Source of the DNA: Eledone cirrhosa
Lineage: Eukaryota
Length of the DNA: 64,000 bases
Direction: 5' to 3'
Assembly (NCBI GenBank): GCA_964016885.1
Contig: OZ024744.1
Coordinates: 121,706,001 to 121,770,000 of the forward strand
The position numbers and the translations under genes are program-made. The notes beneath the pieces were generated by a model. It was not told where the DNA came from and searched no databases. It worked only from the letters and a program-made list of their open reading frames with translations. Below, piece after piece: positions 40,293 through 55,080 of the stretch (positions within the stretch are counted from its first letter, which is position 1; the number at the start of each line of letters is the position of its first letter).

Positions 40293-42408
40293 GTTACGAC
40301 TTAGTGAACAACTATTCGACCAGTACAATGAGGATGAATCATTAGCCAGAAATAGAAGCAATTACACCCCTTCAAAAGGTAGAAATAAAATCCTGGACGA
40401 ATTCTGTGAACACATCACAAACTTCCCTTACCAACACTTGCACAGACAAAAACACAAGCCAAACCTCAACAAGAAAGAATGGGAAGAATTAAATAGATTA
40501 AAAACCGACAGAACCATTACAATTAAAGAGGCTGATAAAGGGAGTACAGTAGTCCTAATGGAGACAGAATTCTATATCAACTTAGCGCTCTCCACTTTGG
40601 AAAACGAAACATACTACGAAAAGGCTGAACACTACAATCAACAGAAAATTATGAGAAACCTAAAATCTCTAATCAACTAATACAAAGAAGGACTCACTAA
40701 CAAGGAATTCAGCTTCATCGCAGACTTCACAAGTAAATCCAGCCTTTTCTACGGTATCCCTAAAGTACATAAAAGCGAATCAATAAGTAAGGCATGCAAG
40801 GAAGCCACAGACATAGTCATCAATGTCCCCTCACCCAATGATCTCAAATTAAGACCTATAATAACAGGCCCCGCTTGCGAAACGCACCGTCTTAGCAACT
40901 TCATTGATACCCTTCTCAAACCCTTCCTCAAGCACATCAAAAGCTATATAAGGGGCGACCTAGATATGCTCAATCACCTCCCTAATATGCCACTTTCTGA
41001 ACAAACCCTACTAGTGACGTTCGATGTAGTCAACCTATACTCCAACATCCCCCACAACCTAGGAATAGAAGCTATCCAATTCTGGCTGGATAATTTCCAC
41101 AATGAACTCCCACAACGCATCAAAAAAGAATTCGTGATAGAGGGACTCAAATTTATCTTGGAGAACAATTACTTCGTTTTCAATAACAAACCCTACAGGC
41201 AGAAATCTGGGACCGCTATGGGAACGAAAACAGCCCCCACTTATGCCAACCTAGTCATGGGATACCTGGAAATCACCCTCTACACTAAAGTCCTAAACAA
41301 ATTTGGAAACACCCTCCACTTACACATTGAAAGGAACTGGAAGGGATATCTAGATGACTGCTTCATCCTTTGGCACGAAAACATCGAAAAACTTAAAGAA
41401 TTTCACACCCTTATAAATGGGCTCAACACAAATATTAACTTCACGATGGAATACAGCCATCAACAACTCCCCTTCCTCGACATCCTCATTAAGATCCATA
41501 ACAAAAAAATAGAAACAGACATATACTACAAGCCCACAGACTCCAAGCAATATCTCCCCTTCAACTCTTCCCACCCTAGACACGTTAAAATTAATATTCC
41601 CTACAACTTAACCAAGAGAATCTGTACTATAGTCTCCAATAAAAACATCTGCTACTTACGGCTACAAGAACTAAAGGACACACTTATAGGCAGGGACTAC
41701 CCTGCATCACTAATTGACAATGGAATCCAACGTGCCCTAAAAATCAGTACCCAGGACCTTAGACACCCTAAAGTAAATCAACCAAAACTAAAAGCTCTTC
41801 CATACATCTCCACACACAACCCCCTCAACAATGAGGCCTTTGACACCATCCTCCAGAACATCCCTGTATTGAAAAAGGACCATAGAATGAACCAAATTCT
41901 ACGAACACACGATATCATAAAGAGCAAAAGACAATCCAAGTCAATGAAAAACATCTTAACACATGCCAAAGTACTGCCAACCACAACAACGAAACCCACA
42001 GTAAAAAAATGCGATAGACCCAACTGTGGCATTTGCATCAACCTAATAGAGGGTTCGGAATTCTATTTCAAAGATGGACAACGTTTTATAGTAAAACACA
42101 ATTTCACATGTGCATCGGAAAATCTAATATATGTATTAACTTGTTCAGGTTGTCGAGAACAATACATAGGCCAGACCAAAAACAGCCTCCGCCAACGCAT
42201 GACTGTCCATAGATCCCAAATCAAAATACGGGAATACAGGAAAATACCACTGAGTGAACACATTGATACCTGTGCCGCCCAAAATCATCCCAACTTCAGA
42301 ATCTTTCCCCTCTACAAATTTAAAGATAATGCCACCCACACCCAGCGTATCAGCAAGGAATCTTACTTCATTAACAAATACGGACCCCGTCTAAACACTT
42401 CTCCCTAA
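40293..42408 (+). pseudogene. PLE RT + GIY-YIG endonuclease (one in-frame stop at 40678-40680)
   Basis: IKEADKG, FYGIPKVHK, FDVVNLYSNI, GTAMGTKTAP, YLDD, CDRPNCGIC, LIYVLTCSGCREQYIGQT. Confidence 0.95.
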
Positions 42409-42554
42409 GACGAACCCACAACATACACACGTCAACATACATACCTACATCAGCACACATCTCTACCCACATATAAACACAATGACATACGTAAACACAC
42501 ATGCTCTATGGTGCAACACAAAAAAATATATGTGCATATATATATATGTATATA

Positions 42555-42619
<65 letters not shown>

Positions 42620-42984
42620 AGTGAATATATGTATGTGTATATATATATAGTGAATATCATTTCACACCTTTTATTGTTAAGATTTTTGATGTTTTATTAA
42701 GAGAACCGATTTTACTGAAAAAATCGAATAATGTACACCATTTTACCAGGGGGAAAAAAATACTGGTCCACCCACACACACACACACACACACATATATA
42801 TACACACACACATACACACGCGTACATCAACATACAAAGAGACTTATATATACACACACACACACACACGCACTTCTCCGTATAAGACAAAAGCTGAAAA
42901 ATATCTTTTGACATGCTAAAATACCCCCCCATTGCTTTCAGACACATTCTTACTGACCATCCCTGCCACCACGAATTACTCTGC

Positions 42985-43039
<55 letters not shown>

Positions 43040-43108
43040 ATCTTAATAGCCATTTGACACACATCGCTGCTAACCATTATCACAACATCGAACACCTTAC
43101 TACTACTA

Positions 43109-43218
<110 letters not shown>

Positions 43219-43535
43219 TTGTTGTGAAAGAGTCATTTCTCAATCTTGGCGCAAAACCAATTTTTTATTCACATGACCTCTACCGACCAATCAAAATTGT
43301 TTTGACCACAAGAATTTTTGCTGGAGCCACTTTTTTTAACATAAAAACAGTCTTGGCGCAAAATCAATTTTTTACATTCACATGACCTCTACCGACCAAT
43401 CAAAATTGTTTTGACCACAATAATTTTTGCAACACCAAAGTAACGTTGGAGCCACTTTTTTAACATAAAAACATGTAGAATTCCCAAAACTAATCAGATC
43501 AGAGCAAACAGCACGGACACTCTATCTCAAAATTA

Positions 43536-43573
43536 TTTTTGAAAAGCATTTAGAAATGCACAACCGGTAAAAA
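43536..43573 (+). ncRNA. Variant hammerhead-like motif in Neptune pLTR (also 40036-40073 -, 60512-60547 -, 63567-63602 +)
   Basis: TTT-TTGAAAA-GCATT(..)AATGC-GCAA-CCGG-TA-AAA. This copy has ACAA, the other three have GCAA. Confidence 0.55.
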
Positions 43574-43729
43574 CTTAAAAACTTAAAACCACAACTGAAT
43601 ACTAACCCATACAATCACTAATACTCTTTTATTCCTAATTAAACCATTTTTCAACTGTGAACAATTTGTCAGCATTTTCTATTCCGTTTACCAATATATA
43701 ATAACTTGTGTGTTACACCTCTATTCTTT

Positions 43730-43782
<53 letters not shown>

Positions 43783-43785
43783 AAA

Positions 43786-43830
43786 CTGATGAAAGCGTAC
43801 CAAAATGTTGGTACCCTTGAAATATATATA
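43786..43830 (+). ncRNA. Hammerhead core, family D-related, stem I unresolved
   Basis: CTGATGA-AAGCGTACCAA(AATG)TTGGTACCCTT-GAAA-TATATA-TA. Downstream ATACTCCAG...TGTAGAGTGCTT is shared with family D. Confidence 0.6.
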
Positions 43831-43984
43831 ATAGAATAAATATGGTTTTATAAATATAGTTTCCATTTATTTAATATCATTGATATTATACTCCAGAAGA
43901 AATTTGTAGAGTGCTTTGAATCTATTATAAATAAATTTATTGAATAACCAACAAATTAAATATCTCTTTGCTTATATATATATA

Positions 43985-46900
43985 CTAGCTGAGCTACCCG
44001 ATGATACCCGGGTATTTTATGAACGTTACAATATATTTGGCACACATTACAAAATATTTGACCATTCAAATATGATTGCTGAATTTTAACCAAAGTAGGA
44101 ATTATAGCAGAATATTTATTGCCGTTTGGTCAAAGCAAATCATCTAGATAAAAATATTGGTTTTTTCCAGTGGTGATTTAAAAAAAAAAATACTGCTCCC
44201 TATTACAGTCAGCATATATAATGCTTTACTCATAGATGAATCGTTAGGTATGTTGTCAGTGAAAAGGGCATGACGAAAAATATACATTTAGATTTATTTA
44301 TTTATCCTTCTCTTTCTTCTTTTTTTTCTGCTCAGTCTGAACCTCTGAAATTCAAACATGTAAAGAATATTTAAAAAACCATAAATAAAATAAGAAAATA
44401 AATTTAGCATTGGTTTATGATTGAATGAAGCATTTACTTACTCATTTCTGTAATTCGGGGAAAGTGTATTTAAATTTGTACACTCTAGCTTTCACCAATC
44501 TTTGCCTCTATGGCAGTAGGATCTTGTTTGAGGGAGATTTGTTTTCTATTTCTATTAGCTATACCAACAGTTATAGTGGCTCACATGACATACATAGATA
44601 CATACACACACATGTATGTATGTAAGACAGTTGTTTGTGATTTGAAATGGATTTTGCTAATATTTCTAGTAGATCGAGTTATCACATAGAACCATTCCTT
44701 TTTGCTTCATACATATATACATACCTGAGAAAGTAGGGTGGGATTTGAAGGAAATTTGGCTGCTATTTCTACCCAACATAGTGCTCACTTATATTACTTT
44801 ATATAACAGAGGTACCCGGGAATGCCTGCATATTCTTCCAAAATAACACCATGCAGTAAATTTGTGGCTTCAGAATTCCTTGCAAACTACATGACTAAGG
44901 AATTAGGATCTGTGTGTATTGTCATTGAATGAGGAATTACGACATTGCTCATTCCAAAGCCTCTGGATAAACAACATTCTTGGTTTTGCCTTGTGGTGCC
45001 ACAATGAAGAGACAATCAGGGTTCCCAAACCTTGTTGTGCCAACATAGAGTTGACCGTGTGAAAAGACAGGATCTGCCAGATTCAACCCAACAACTTTCA
45101 ATGATTGCCCTTGAGATTTATTAATGGTCATGGCAAAACTGAGCCTGATCGGAAATTGAAGTCTTTGAAATTCAAATGGCAAATCAGTTGGCTTCAGAGG
45201 TATTCTGGGAATGAAACAATTGTCACCAGCAAATTTTCCTGACATGATTGCAACTTCTAGAACATTGGACATCATACTTTTGATGATGAGTCTTGTGCCA
45301 TTACAAAGTTTTGGAGGATCCAGATTGCGAAGTAGCATAACCGATGCTCCAAGCTTCAGTATCAGGTTGTGTGGAGGAATTTCCGCTTGTTCAAGACTGT
45401 TCAAAAATTCAGTTGGATAGTTTACAACCAGGTCTTGAGTAGTGATTGTATCAACTGATTTGTAGCATATTTTCTCTCCCGGTAACATCTCCAGCAGCTT
45501 TCTGTTGATTTCTTTCACAGCAACATTTTTAGGTGCTAATATTGCTCGTTCACAGAGCCATTTCGGATCACATTGCCTGGTCTGAATGTTTGGAAACACT
45601 CTGGCAATCAGTTCTTGTTCTGTGTCAAGGATATGGCCAAATGACAACTGAATATGGTCATTGGAGTCCTTTTCAAGGAGTCCATTTCCCAATTTAAATA
45701 GTTGGATGGCAAACTTAATGACACCTTCGTCACCAGTTAAGTGCACTCGCATGTTGGTTGTAAGGCTCAGCAGCTGAAAGTGGGGCCAGAGATAGGATGT
45801 TTTCAGACAGGCATTGACCTGATCAGCTCGAGTCCCTCGAAGAATTACAGGCAGAATTTGTCTGAAATCACCAGCAAGAACCATTGTCACTCCTCCCATT
45901 ATACAACTATTTTCTCTTAGATCCCTTATCGTCCGGTCCAAAGCTTCAATTGCTCCTTTATGGCTCATAGTAGCTTCATCCCAAATTATCATCTTGCATG
46001 TTTGCAGAAGCTTTCCCTTGGGTGAGTTCTTCTTGATGTTGCAAAAAGTCTGTTCATGCCATGTGAGATGTATGGGCAGCTTAAACATGGAGTGTGCAGT
46101 TCTTCCTCCATCCAGAAGTGTTGCTGCAATGCCACTTGAAGCTACAGCAAGGGCAATATGTTGCTTTTGGTGAACTTTTGTAAGCAGGAGGTTTATGAGG
46201 AATGTCTTGCCTGTGCCAGCAGGAGCATCGATGAAGAAAAGTCTTCCCCTGTCATTTTGAATGTTTTTGATGATGTTGTGGTAGGCGTATTTCTGGTCAT
46301 CCATCAATCGAGGTTCATTTTCATCCACAAACTTACGCAATGCTTGAATATCGTAGTTTGTCTCCTGAAAAATGTCTTGTGCTACCTCCATTTCTTCATC
46401 TGGCTCTGGCATCCCGCAGTTAGCTAATGTGCTATTCCTTGCCTGAACTCTATGGGACAGGTCACAGAGAGCTTGATTGTAAATCTTGGGGGTATATTCC
46501 ATATACATATTGCCATGATGTCTTCGGGCTAGGTGTAGATAGTCGTCCGACATATTGTTTTTGTACTCCTGCCAGAGTAGATGAGCTTCATCAATTCCAC
46601 ATGCTGTGAGCATAATAGCAAATAATTGTCTTATTTGACTGGCTACTTGAGTGATTCCTGCTTCTTCTAGACACTTCTTCCAGTGTCCTTTGTCATGCAG
46701 GAGTCCATGCTGTTTACATGCTTCTTGGTACGTTGCACACTCCCTTACTCTGAAGCACCTAAGATCCTCTAAAATGACGTTGGTCCTCGAACAGTATGCA
46801 GAAGTAGCCATAAATAAAAACATTCTCTGTTGTTGGGATGGACATGGTAAACACACCCAATAGCATCACTTGACTTGACTTCATGACCTTCCACTAAATG

Positions 46901-49900
46901 ACCCTGCTTTCTTCGATTGCAGGTCTTGCAATTGTTCAAGGTGTAGTATGTTGGGACCTCAGCATATAGGAGGGATCGAGCAAATTCATCATTCTGGCAG
47001 AGTTTAAAGAAAGCAGTTAGTGTAGTGTCATGTGATGCTTGTGCCAACTGATGAGCAGTGATATCAGTGAAGTACACTCTCTGTCCATTTTCCAGATGGC
47101 CTGCGAGGTTGACCACTGTTGGGTGGCGTTGATGGCTATCAAATCCAAAGATTCGCCAGATAGCTTCATTGCTAGAGATGTATCGACCTGTTTGATACCG
47201 TTTGACCTCATCCAGCCCACCATTGAGTTCTTTGTCAGTAATAAAGGTAGCCATGTCACTGCTCTTGTTGATATATTTTGTGACATATAGGATTGCCTTG
47301 ACGGAGCAGCAATACTCAACATTGATATGAGCTTTTAAAAGTTTACACAACAATTTGTTGTGTGGGACGACCCACTGATTGTTTAGGCTTGCAGTATTGC
47401 CTCCATGTTCTGGTCTACGCCTACGATAAAGGGAGTATCCATTATTGTCAGTCCAAGTTTCCCGAATAAAAGCTCTAGGAAAATGTTTGCTGCATTTTTT
47501 ATCTTTCATGCAGGGAGAGGCTGGATTGATGACTCCACATGGACCATGAATGAGTTTGGACTTGATGGTTTCAAAGAGCTCTGGTCCACCACCTTTATCA
47601 GGCAACTCTGCTGAAATGATCTTATCAACATCATCTGGTCTTATCTTCTCCTTGCCCCAGATTAGTGTGTGAGAGTGAGGAAGCCCTCTCTTCTACCACT
47701 CAATAGTGGTCATCCAAGTACTAAGCTCACCAAAGATTCTTCCTCCTTTTAGGCGCCAGATGAGTTTTTTTTGCTTTTCATGGAAAACCCGAGCAATGAG
47801 GTCATGTCGATCCTTTGGATTTTGATTTTGAAATAATTCATTTGATATTTCTGACCAGTTTGAATTGCATGTAAATGTAATGAAGAGATCTGGCCGACCA
47901 AATTTTCTGACATAGGCCATTGCATCTTGCGTACGTTCATGCATGTAACGTGGTCCTCCCGTGAAGCTTGATGGTAATATGACTGGCTGGCCAATATTTC
48001 TTGGGTCAACATCAGAATTGACGGCATCTCTAAGGTGGACGTAGTTATCTGCCCTCAACTTAGTTTGATTCCTTCGCAGAAAACCCAATCTTTCTGTTTC
48101 AATTTTGGCATACATGTCCACCATGAACTGGCTGGGTACTTCTTTGAATCACAGAACTTGGTTGAAGTGGTCACGTACCATGAAATGATAAGAATAGAAT
48201 TCTTTGCAGCTGATTGATCGGCCAGTTTCTTGTCCCGTTCTGGGCTGATCTGCCGTAGCTAACAATGATATCCATCTTGACCATTCCAAAAGATGAGCGG
48301 ATATTGGAATGAATCATAGGTTCTATGAGTTTCACAAATTCGCTACAAATGTCCACTTTGTTTTTGCAAAACAATGTCACGTCGTTAATGCTGTTCATCA
48401 ACCATTATGATATTGGTAGAGGGTCGGACGCCATGCTTTGACGCATAAAGTTACGGCCCTTGCCATTCTGAGAACTGCAATTCACCATGGACATTGGTAC
48501 ATCTTTGTTGTGCCTGTGTTTCATTTCCACCCATGAAATAAACCTGCACAAGTTTGTGAGGCTCCTGTGAAAGTGGCAGAAGGCCACCCATTAAGTGGTA
48601 AAACTGTCCCTGAATGTTATAAGTTGTACAGAATCTAAAGTCAATCACATTCCTGTCAGCCCCAAAAGATGTCATTTGAAAGGCAGAATTATATATTATG
48701 ATGTATTTATTGAAGTGTCGTGCTTCTGGTGTATGCTGAAGGAGCAGATTCTTCAGAAATTCAGGAGGTTCTTGTATTGTTTTAAGGCTCACTTTGCCTT
48801 TTGAGCAGCAGAGACTTGGTGTTTCTGCTGCCCACTTCTTGGCACCACAATACTGGCAGCATTTGTTCATTTTCCCAATGTTGATTTGTGGATTACTGCT
48901 GTAGTCCTTTTGGGTGTCATAAGAAAAAGCACCCATCAGCCAGTTCATTTTACTTATGGCTTGTTCTCCTGCTCGGGCAGTAGAAACGATGTGCTTGATT
49001 AGCATTTCGTCTGATTTGCTGCTGTTCCTTAATTTGTTGTTCTTGTGTAGCAACAGTCCTTTGTTCCCTTTCATCCAAATGGTGTGCTCTTGCTAAAGCT
49101 GTTTGGGCTCTGTTAGCAGCTAGACGGACATTCCGAACTTCTTCACTTTCTTCAGATGGCTGTGTTTTCTTTCTCTTAGCCTCTGAAGATGACCTTCCAT
49201 ATAATGATCTGGAACCTTTTTCTAGGCATTAGAAGTGATATTATTACACACCACACAATAAAATAAAGTACCAGTAATGCACTGGAATAATTGCTGGCCT
49301 TGTGCCAAAAGTAGAAACAATTATTACACACCACACTCTTTCCGAAATAGAAACAACTATATAATGTTTTGTTCACTCAGTAAAGTTGTTTTAAATGATC
49401 TCTTTATATGAATGTATATTAGGTGTAATTAATTTTAGACATATGTAGAAAATATTGGGATTTCAGATAGTATAAAAAAAAAACGACAAACACTACATAG
49501 AAAATAAGCTTTGATTGTAACATATATCGTCTGCTAAAGAACCCCTCCCCCCATAACACACGTGTGTAAATATATATATAAACGTGGACACACGTTAGAT
49601 AAAGAATCCCTCCAATCACCCTCCCTCTCTTCTGCCTCTTTACTTTTTTTCTCTCCCATCTTTTCTCTTTTCTTATTGTCTTTCTCTCCCCATCCGCCTC
49701 ACACCCTTTCTCTTTCTCATCTCCTCTCTTTCTTTCTCTCTCTCATCCTCTGCACAATACCAAACAATAAATAAAAGATAAATAACATTGGGAGAGTTAA
49801 GAAGTGTGTAAAAATAATAAATAAATAAAGTTAATGAACGCTAGCCACTTTCCCTCTCTCTCTCTCCCATCCCATTACTCTCTCACATCCCCCCCTCTCT

Positions 49901-50691
49901 CTACGGAATAGAGAACAAAAAATAAAGAAGATAAATAACGTTAAGGAAGCGGGAGAGTTAAAGTGTGTAAAAGTAATAAATAAATAAAAGTTAAGAACGC
50001 TGGTTACTTTCCCTCTCTCTTTCTCTTTCACCGTCTTCTCTCTCATCCCCTTACTCTCTTTCTTTCTCACATCCCCTAACTCTCTTTCTCTTTCATCGTC
50101 TTTCTCTCTCATCCCCTTACTCTCTTTCTTTCTCTCTCTCATCCCCTTACTATCTTTCTCTTTCATCGTCTTTCTCTCTCATCCCCTTACTCTCTTTCTT
50201 TCTCTCTCTCATCCCCTTACTATCTTTCTCTTTCATTGTCTTTCTCTCTCACCCCCTTACTCTTTCTCTCTCTCTCTCGCCCATCTCCCACTCTCTCTCT
50301 TTCTCTCTCATCCCTTACTCTTTCTTTCTCTCTCACATCCCCTTACTCTCTTTCTTTCTCTCTCCCATCCACTCACTCTCTCTCTTTCTCTCTCATCCCT
50401 TACTCTCTCTCTCCCATCTGCCACTCTCTCTCTTTCTCTCTCCCATCCCCCACTCTCTTATCTACAAAATGGATGATCTCTTTTGATATTCATTAGAAAA
50501 TAAGATAAATTGAATTTAAATGAATTCCTTGCTTTGCAAAGTAAAACTTTTTCGACCGTTACCTGTCTGAGTGTATAGTGAATATCTACATGTAATTTTG
50601 AGGAGTTTGGTCCGGTAGTTTCGAGTTTTAGGCGGACACACAGGATCATAAACTTGCATTTATATATATATATATATATAGAATATATAGA
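43985..50691 (-). mobile_element. Helitron with both termini and a disrupted RepHel gene
   Basis: 5' TC(TATATA) at 50691. 3' hairpin ACCCG...CGGGT followed by CTAG at 43985. Inserted between A and T. CT-rich repeats at 49600-50460. Confidence 0.9.
44949..49074 (-). pseudogene. Helitron Rep (HUH-Y2) / PIF1-like helicase with several stops and frameshifts
   Basis: CCSKGKV, FTGGPRYM, PDLFITFTCN, EW*KRGLPHSH, YVTKYINK, APAGTGKT, IIWDEATM, GDFRQILPV, FAMTINKSQGQS, HGQLYV. Confidence 0.96.
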
Positions 50692-50705
50692 TATATATGT
50701 TTCTA

Positions 50706-52906
50706 TTTATTGCCACGAGGGCGCAAAATAAGGGGACAAATACAAAGGGGGGAGTTTACACAAAAGAATGAGTAAAAAAAAATAAATAACAAATATAAAA
50801 TTAACAATAAAGTCCTCAATAGGGAGGAGGCGTTTTGGGGGGTCGCACACACCCCCGAAAAAGTGTGCAACCCTTCTCCTCAGGAGCACAGAGAGGGTGC
50901 TCCCTTGTTCTTCCATCTTTTTCACCAACAGGCTGATATAGAGAGAAGGCCCATTCTCGCCACTTTCACCCATCTTTCATAAAAACAACTGGGGTTGAGC
51001 ATCTCTCTCTCCATCCTGATCCTTCTTCCGAAATGATATCGGAAGAAAAGGACCAGTTGTTGGCCAGAGAGAAAGGTGTCTGATCTCAGACCTTTCAAAC
51101 GCGGCAACCATACAACCTCTTTCGCCATGGCTATTACACACAGAAACACCGCTTCTCCTTCATTTTTGAAGAGGGGAGGCGGCTTGACCGTTACAATAGA
51201 CTTGGTGGTCAACCGGATAGGTCCCACCCGTGACAGCAGTCGTTCGACATAGCCCCACAGATCGGCGACGTCCGGGCAGTGTACCAATGCGTGTGCAACG
51301 GTTTCCTCGTCGCACACGTATCTGGGACAAATGTTTTTCGAGGGGTCCCTACCCGGGCGTCCGTGTCTGTAGAGCTTTTCTTGAACGGGCAGAGCCCCTC
51401 GGTAGCACTGCCAGGCCAGGGACCTCTGGAAGTTGTCCATGGGTCCCGGGATAAATGTCCTACCGAACAGGCTGGCCAGTTCATCTTCCTCCATGCCTAG
51501 GGCTTCTCCGAGGGCGTCGTCGCACCTGCTGCGTACCAGCCCTCTATAGAATGTCGAGGTGGTGTCTCCACTGATAGCCGGGTCCGCCTGCCAGAGAGCC
51601 GTGAGTGCCTGGGCACACCCGGTGTGCCAGGCGCCCAGTTTTCTCGGTCTTTGCTTGACCCAGGATTGCAGCTCGGTGAGCGAGACGAGTCTCGGAAAGG
51701 CTCGCCTCACAAACGGGGCCCACACCGGTTGACTGGTGAGGAATACCTGGAGGTGCCGTAGCCTTAATGCGTGTTTCCGCATTAGCAGCCACGGGATCTC
51801 CAGCCCTCCTTTCGAATGGTGTTGACAGCAGATGGATCCCCTCACCAAAGGGGCCCGCTTATTCCAAAGGAATTGGAAGAGTGCGCGCTCCATTTTGGTG
51901 AGCGTTTCCCTTGGGCAAGGCACGACGGTCAGGTGGTAGTAGATGACGGACGTTATATAAGTGTTCGCCACCTCCCCCCGACCTTTCAGGGACAGTTTGA
52001 ACTCGGCCCACTTCTGGGTTAATGCAAAAACCCTGTTCGTTACCTCACCCCAGTTCTTCTCCACTCGAGGTCTGGTCCGAACCAGACCTCGAGCAACTTC
52101 ACCGGGCCCTCTGTCCAGCGTCCGACGACGCAATCGGAGGGCATCAATTTGCCCCTCCACGTGCCGAGCTGCAACCCGATCGACTTGTGCCGGTTCGGCT
52201 TAGCCCCTGTCAATCTTTCGTACTCCTCCAGTAAGGTGCCGATCGCCCCGATTTCGGAGGCGGTCAACACCATTACTGTTACGTCATCGGCGTAGGCCAA
52301 CACCGCTTTCCGCAATCCCGGTTCCAAAGGGATGCCCTGCAACAACTCCAACTTCCGCAGCAGTGACTCGAGGGCCAATACATACAGAAGGGAGGAGAGA
52401 GGGCACCCTTGTCGGATAGACCGCGTGATTTCGAACGGCTCCGAGAGGTAGCCGTTCACCTTGACCTTAGAGCAGATGCGGCTGCTGTGCATGGCAGTGA
52501 TCCAGCCCCTGAAAACAGGTCCGAAACCTGCCGCCGCTAGCACCGCATCCAGGTAACCATGGTCGACCCTATCGAACGCCTTTGATTGATCCAAGTTGAT
52601 CAGGGCCCCACCAAAGCCGGGTTCGTTCCCAACCCTCTCTATAATGTATCGCATAAGGTGGAGGTTGTCGTGGATGGACCTGGACGGGATAGCACATCTC
52701 CGCGCATCTCCCACCAGGTTGCCCACGTCAAGCGCCAACCTCTTTGCTAACACCTTGGCCAAAATCTTTAACTCTGCATTTAGCAGAGTTATGGGCCTGA
52801 AATTACTTATTTCGTCCCCCTTGTTCTCGTCCTTCCTCACTAGCGAGACTACGCCCTTGGTCACAGAACAGGGAATTCTCCCGTTCTGTTGCCAGTTGCA
52901 GTAGAC
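50706..52906 (-). mobile_element. 5'-truncated L1/Tx1-clade LINE ORF2 (RT and C-terminal Cys/His motif), frameshifted
   Basis: NFRPITLLNAELKIL, LDQSKAFDRVDH, IRQGCPLS, AYADDV, CPR..C..ETVAHALVHC. Confidence 0.9.
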
Positions 52907-55080
52907 TGCCTATTTTTGGCGCTGCTTCACTCGTCTTTTTAGGCCATGTGATAAACTCTGAGGGAATATTCCCACTTCCTGAGAAAGTGAAGGCTCTTCA
53001 GGAACTCCCTCCGCCTACTTCTTTACGACAGCTGCGGCAGTTCCTGGGCCTCCTAAATTATTATCATCAGTTTATCCCGCATTGTGCAGAACTGTTAGCT
53101 CCACTATCTGATCTTCTGTGTAACAGAAAGAAGAAGAACGAGCCAATCGCTTTGGGACCCATGCAGCTTGAAGCATTCTCCAAAGCTAAACAGAATTTAG
53201 CAGACGCATCTCTGCTTGCTCACCCTGTGTCTGGTGCCCAGTTTTCACAGGTTGTTGATGCATCAGGCACAGCGGTAGGTGCAGTATTGCAACAACATCA
53301 CCAACAACAGCTTCAATCTCTTGCTTTCTTTTCTAAGCAGCTGAAGCCTGCCGAATCCCGCTATAGCACCTTCGGTCGCGAACTGTTAGCCATTTTCCTT
53401 GCTGTCAAACACTTTCGGCATTCACTGGAAGGCCGACAGTTTACGATCTATACTGACCATCGTCCACTTACGTTCGCACTCAGTTCCAATCCGGACAAAT
53501 ACTCACCTCGAGAAACTTGTCACTTGGACTTCATATCCCAGTTTACAAATGACATTCGTCATATACTGGGTGAACAAAACACAGCAGGGGATGCCTTATC
53601 TCGCCTATCCATCAATGCTTTGTCAGCACCTGCGACTGTTGTTTTTTGTATCTTGTGGCTGCAGAACAGCCCATCCTAGAGTTGTTGGATTTGTCTTCAC
53701 CTGAACTTGCAACCTGCAAATTTAAATACCTGCCTGTACCGACTTCGGATTCTCAGATTCTGTGTGATACTGTGACAGATTCACCTCGTCCTCTGGTACC
53801 AGAGACTCATCGTCGAATAGTTTTTGATTCTCTACATAGTTTGGCACACCACGGAATTTCTGCCACAATGAGACTCATTTCAGCTAGATTCTTCTGGCCG
53901 AATATGAGACGTGATATCACTGCTTGGTCACGTTCCTGTTTATCTTGTCAAATGTCGAAGGTGCATAAACATTCGTGCACCTCTCGGCACATTTAGCACA
54001 CCTGACGCATGTTTTTGCCACATACACATTGATATCGTGGGACCTTGGCCTGCCCGTCGTGGATGTTCATACATCCTGACTTGCATTGACCGTTTCACCC
54101 GATGGCCTGAAGCCATTCTTCTTAGTGACACAACTGCTTAATCTGTAGCGCGAGCCCTGGTTTCAGGATGGGTATCGCACTACAGGGTTCCTACCACTAT
54201 TACTACAGATCGTGGTAGGCAGTTTGAATCCCAACTTTTCAGGCATCTATCGAATATCATCGGCGCTCAACGCATCAGGACTACCAGTTACCACCCTGCA
54301 TCTAATGGAATGGTAGAGCGTTTTCATCGCCAGTTAAAGGCCGCATTGCGTGCCTATCCGGGTACTCTACATTGGAGCGACTACCTCCCCATAGTATTAC
54401 TCGGTATCCGCACTTCAATGAAAGAGGACCGTGGATTCTCTCCAGCCGAGCTTTTGTACAGCACTACTCTATCTCTGCCAGGGCAGATGCTTGCCCCAGT
54501 TGACCTTGCTACTCAGGACCCTACACTATATGTGACCCATTTGCGTGCGTATTTTCAAGTCCTGCCTCCTATGAACACTAGGCAACAAGCCATTAAATCT
54601 TCGGTTCCGAGGGACATTGCCTCGTGGACCCATGTTTTTGTCAGAAATGACGCAGTGAGAAGTCCTCTCACTCCACCTTATTCTGAACCCTATCACATAC
54701 TTGCGCGTACAAACATTTCACCATTAACTTTAATGGACATAAAGACACAGTCTCTATTGACAGACTAAAGCGGGCCTACACAGATGCTCTCACACTAGAG
54801 CCTCATACTCTCCCCGCCTACAATGTGTCAATACAAGCACCACCGCAAACACCACAATCACATACAAACACTCCTTTACCTTCAACATACATCACGACAC
54901 CTCGTAGTGGTCGTCAGGTCCATTTGCCCAAGAAACTTTGTAAAACAATTTACATATGAACTATTCATTTTTCTCTTTTTTTTTCTTCATTTTTGTATTT
55001 GCTTTGCATGACTTATGTTACCTTTGGAGATAATTTCTCCTCATTTTCAACGACTGCTTTCCAGTCTAAACAGAGGGTGA
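52907..55080 (+). mobile_element. Truncated second Gypsy element (RT end, RNase H, integrase, 3' UTR, PPT)
   Basis: [44 protein letters not shown]-like AGAGGGTGA at 55072-55080. Confidence 0.92.

Noticed and set aside
40678-40680. Possible recoded (selenocysteine) stop in the PLE ORF
   Set aside because: The codon is TAA, not TGA. A simple nonsense mutation is more likely.
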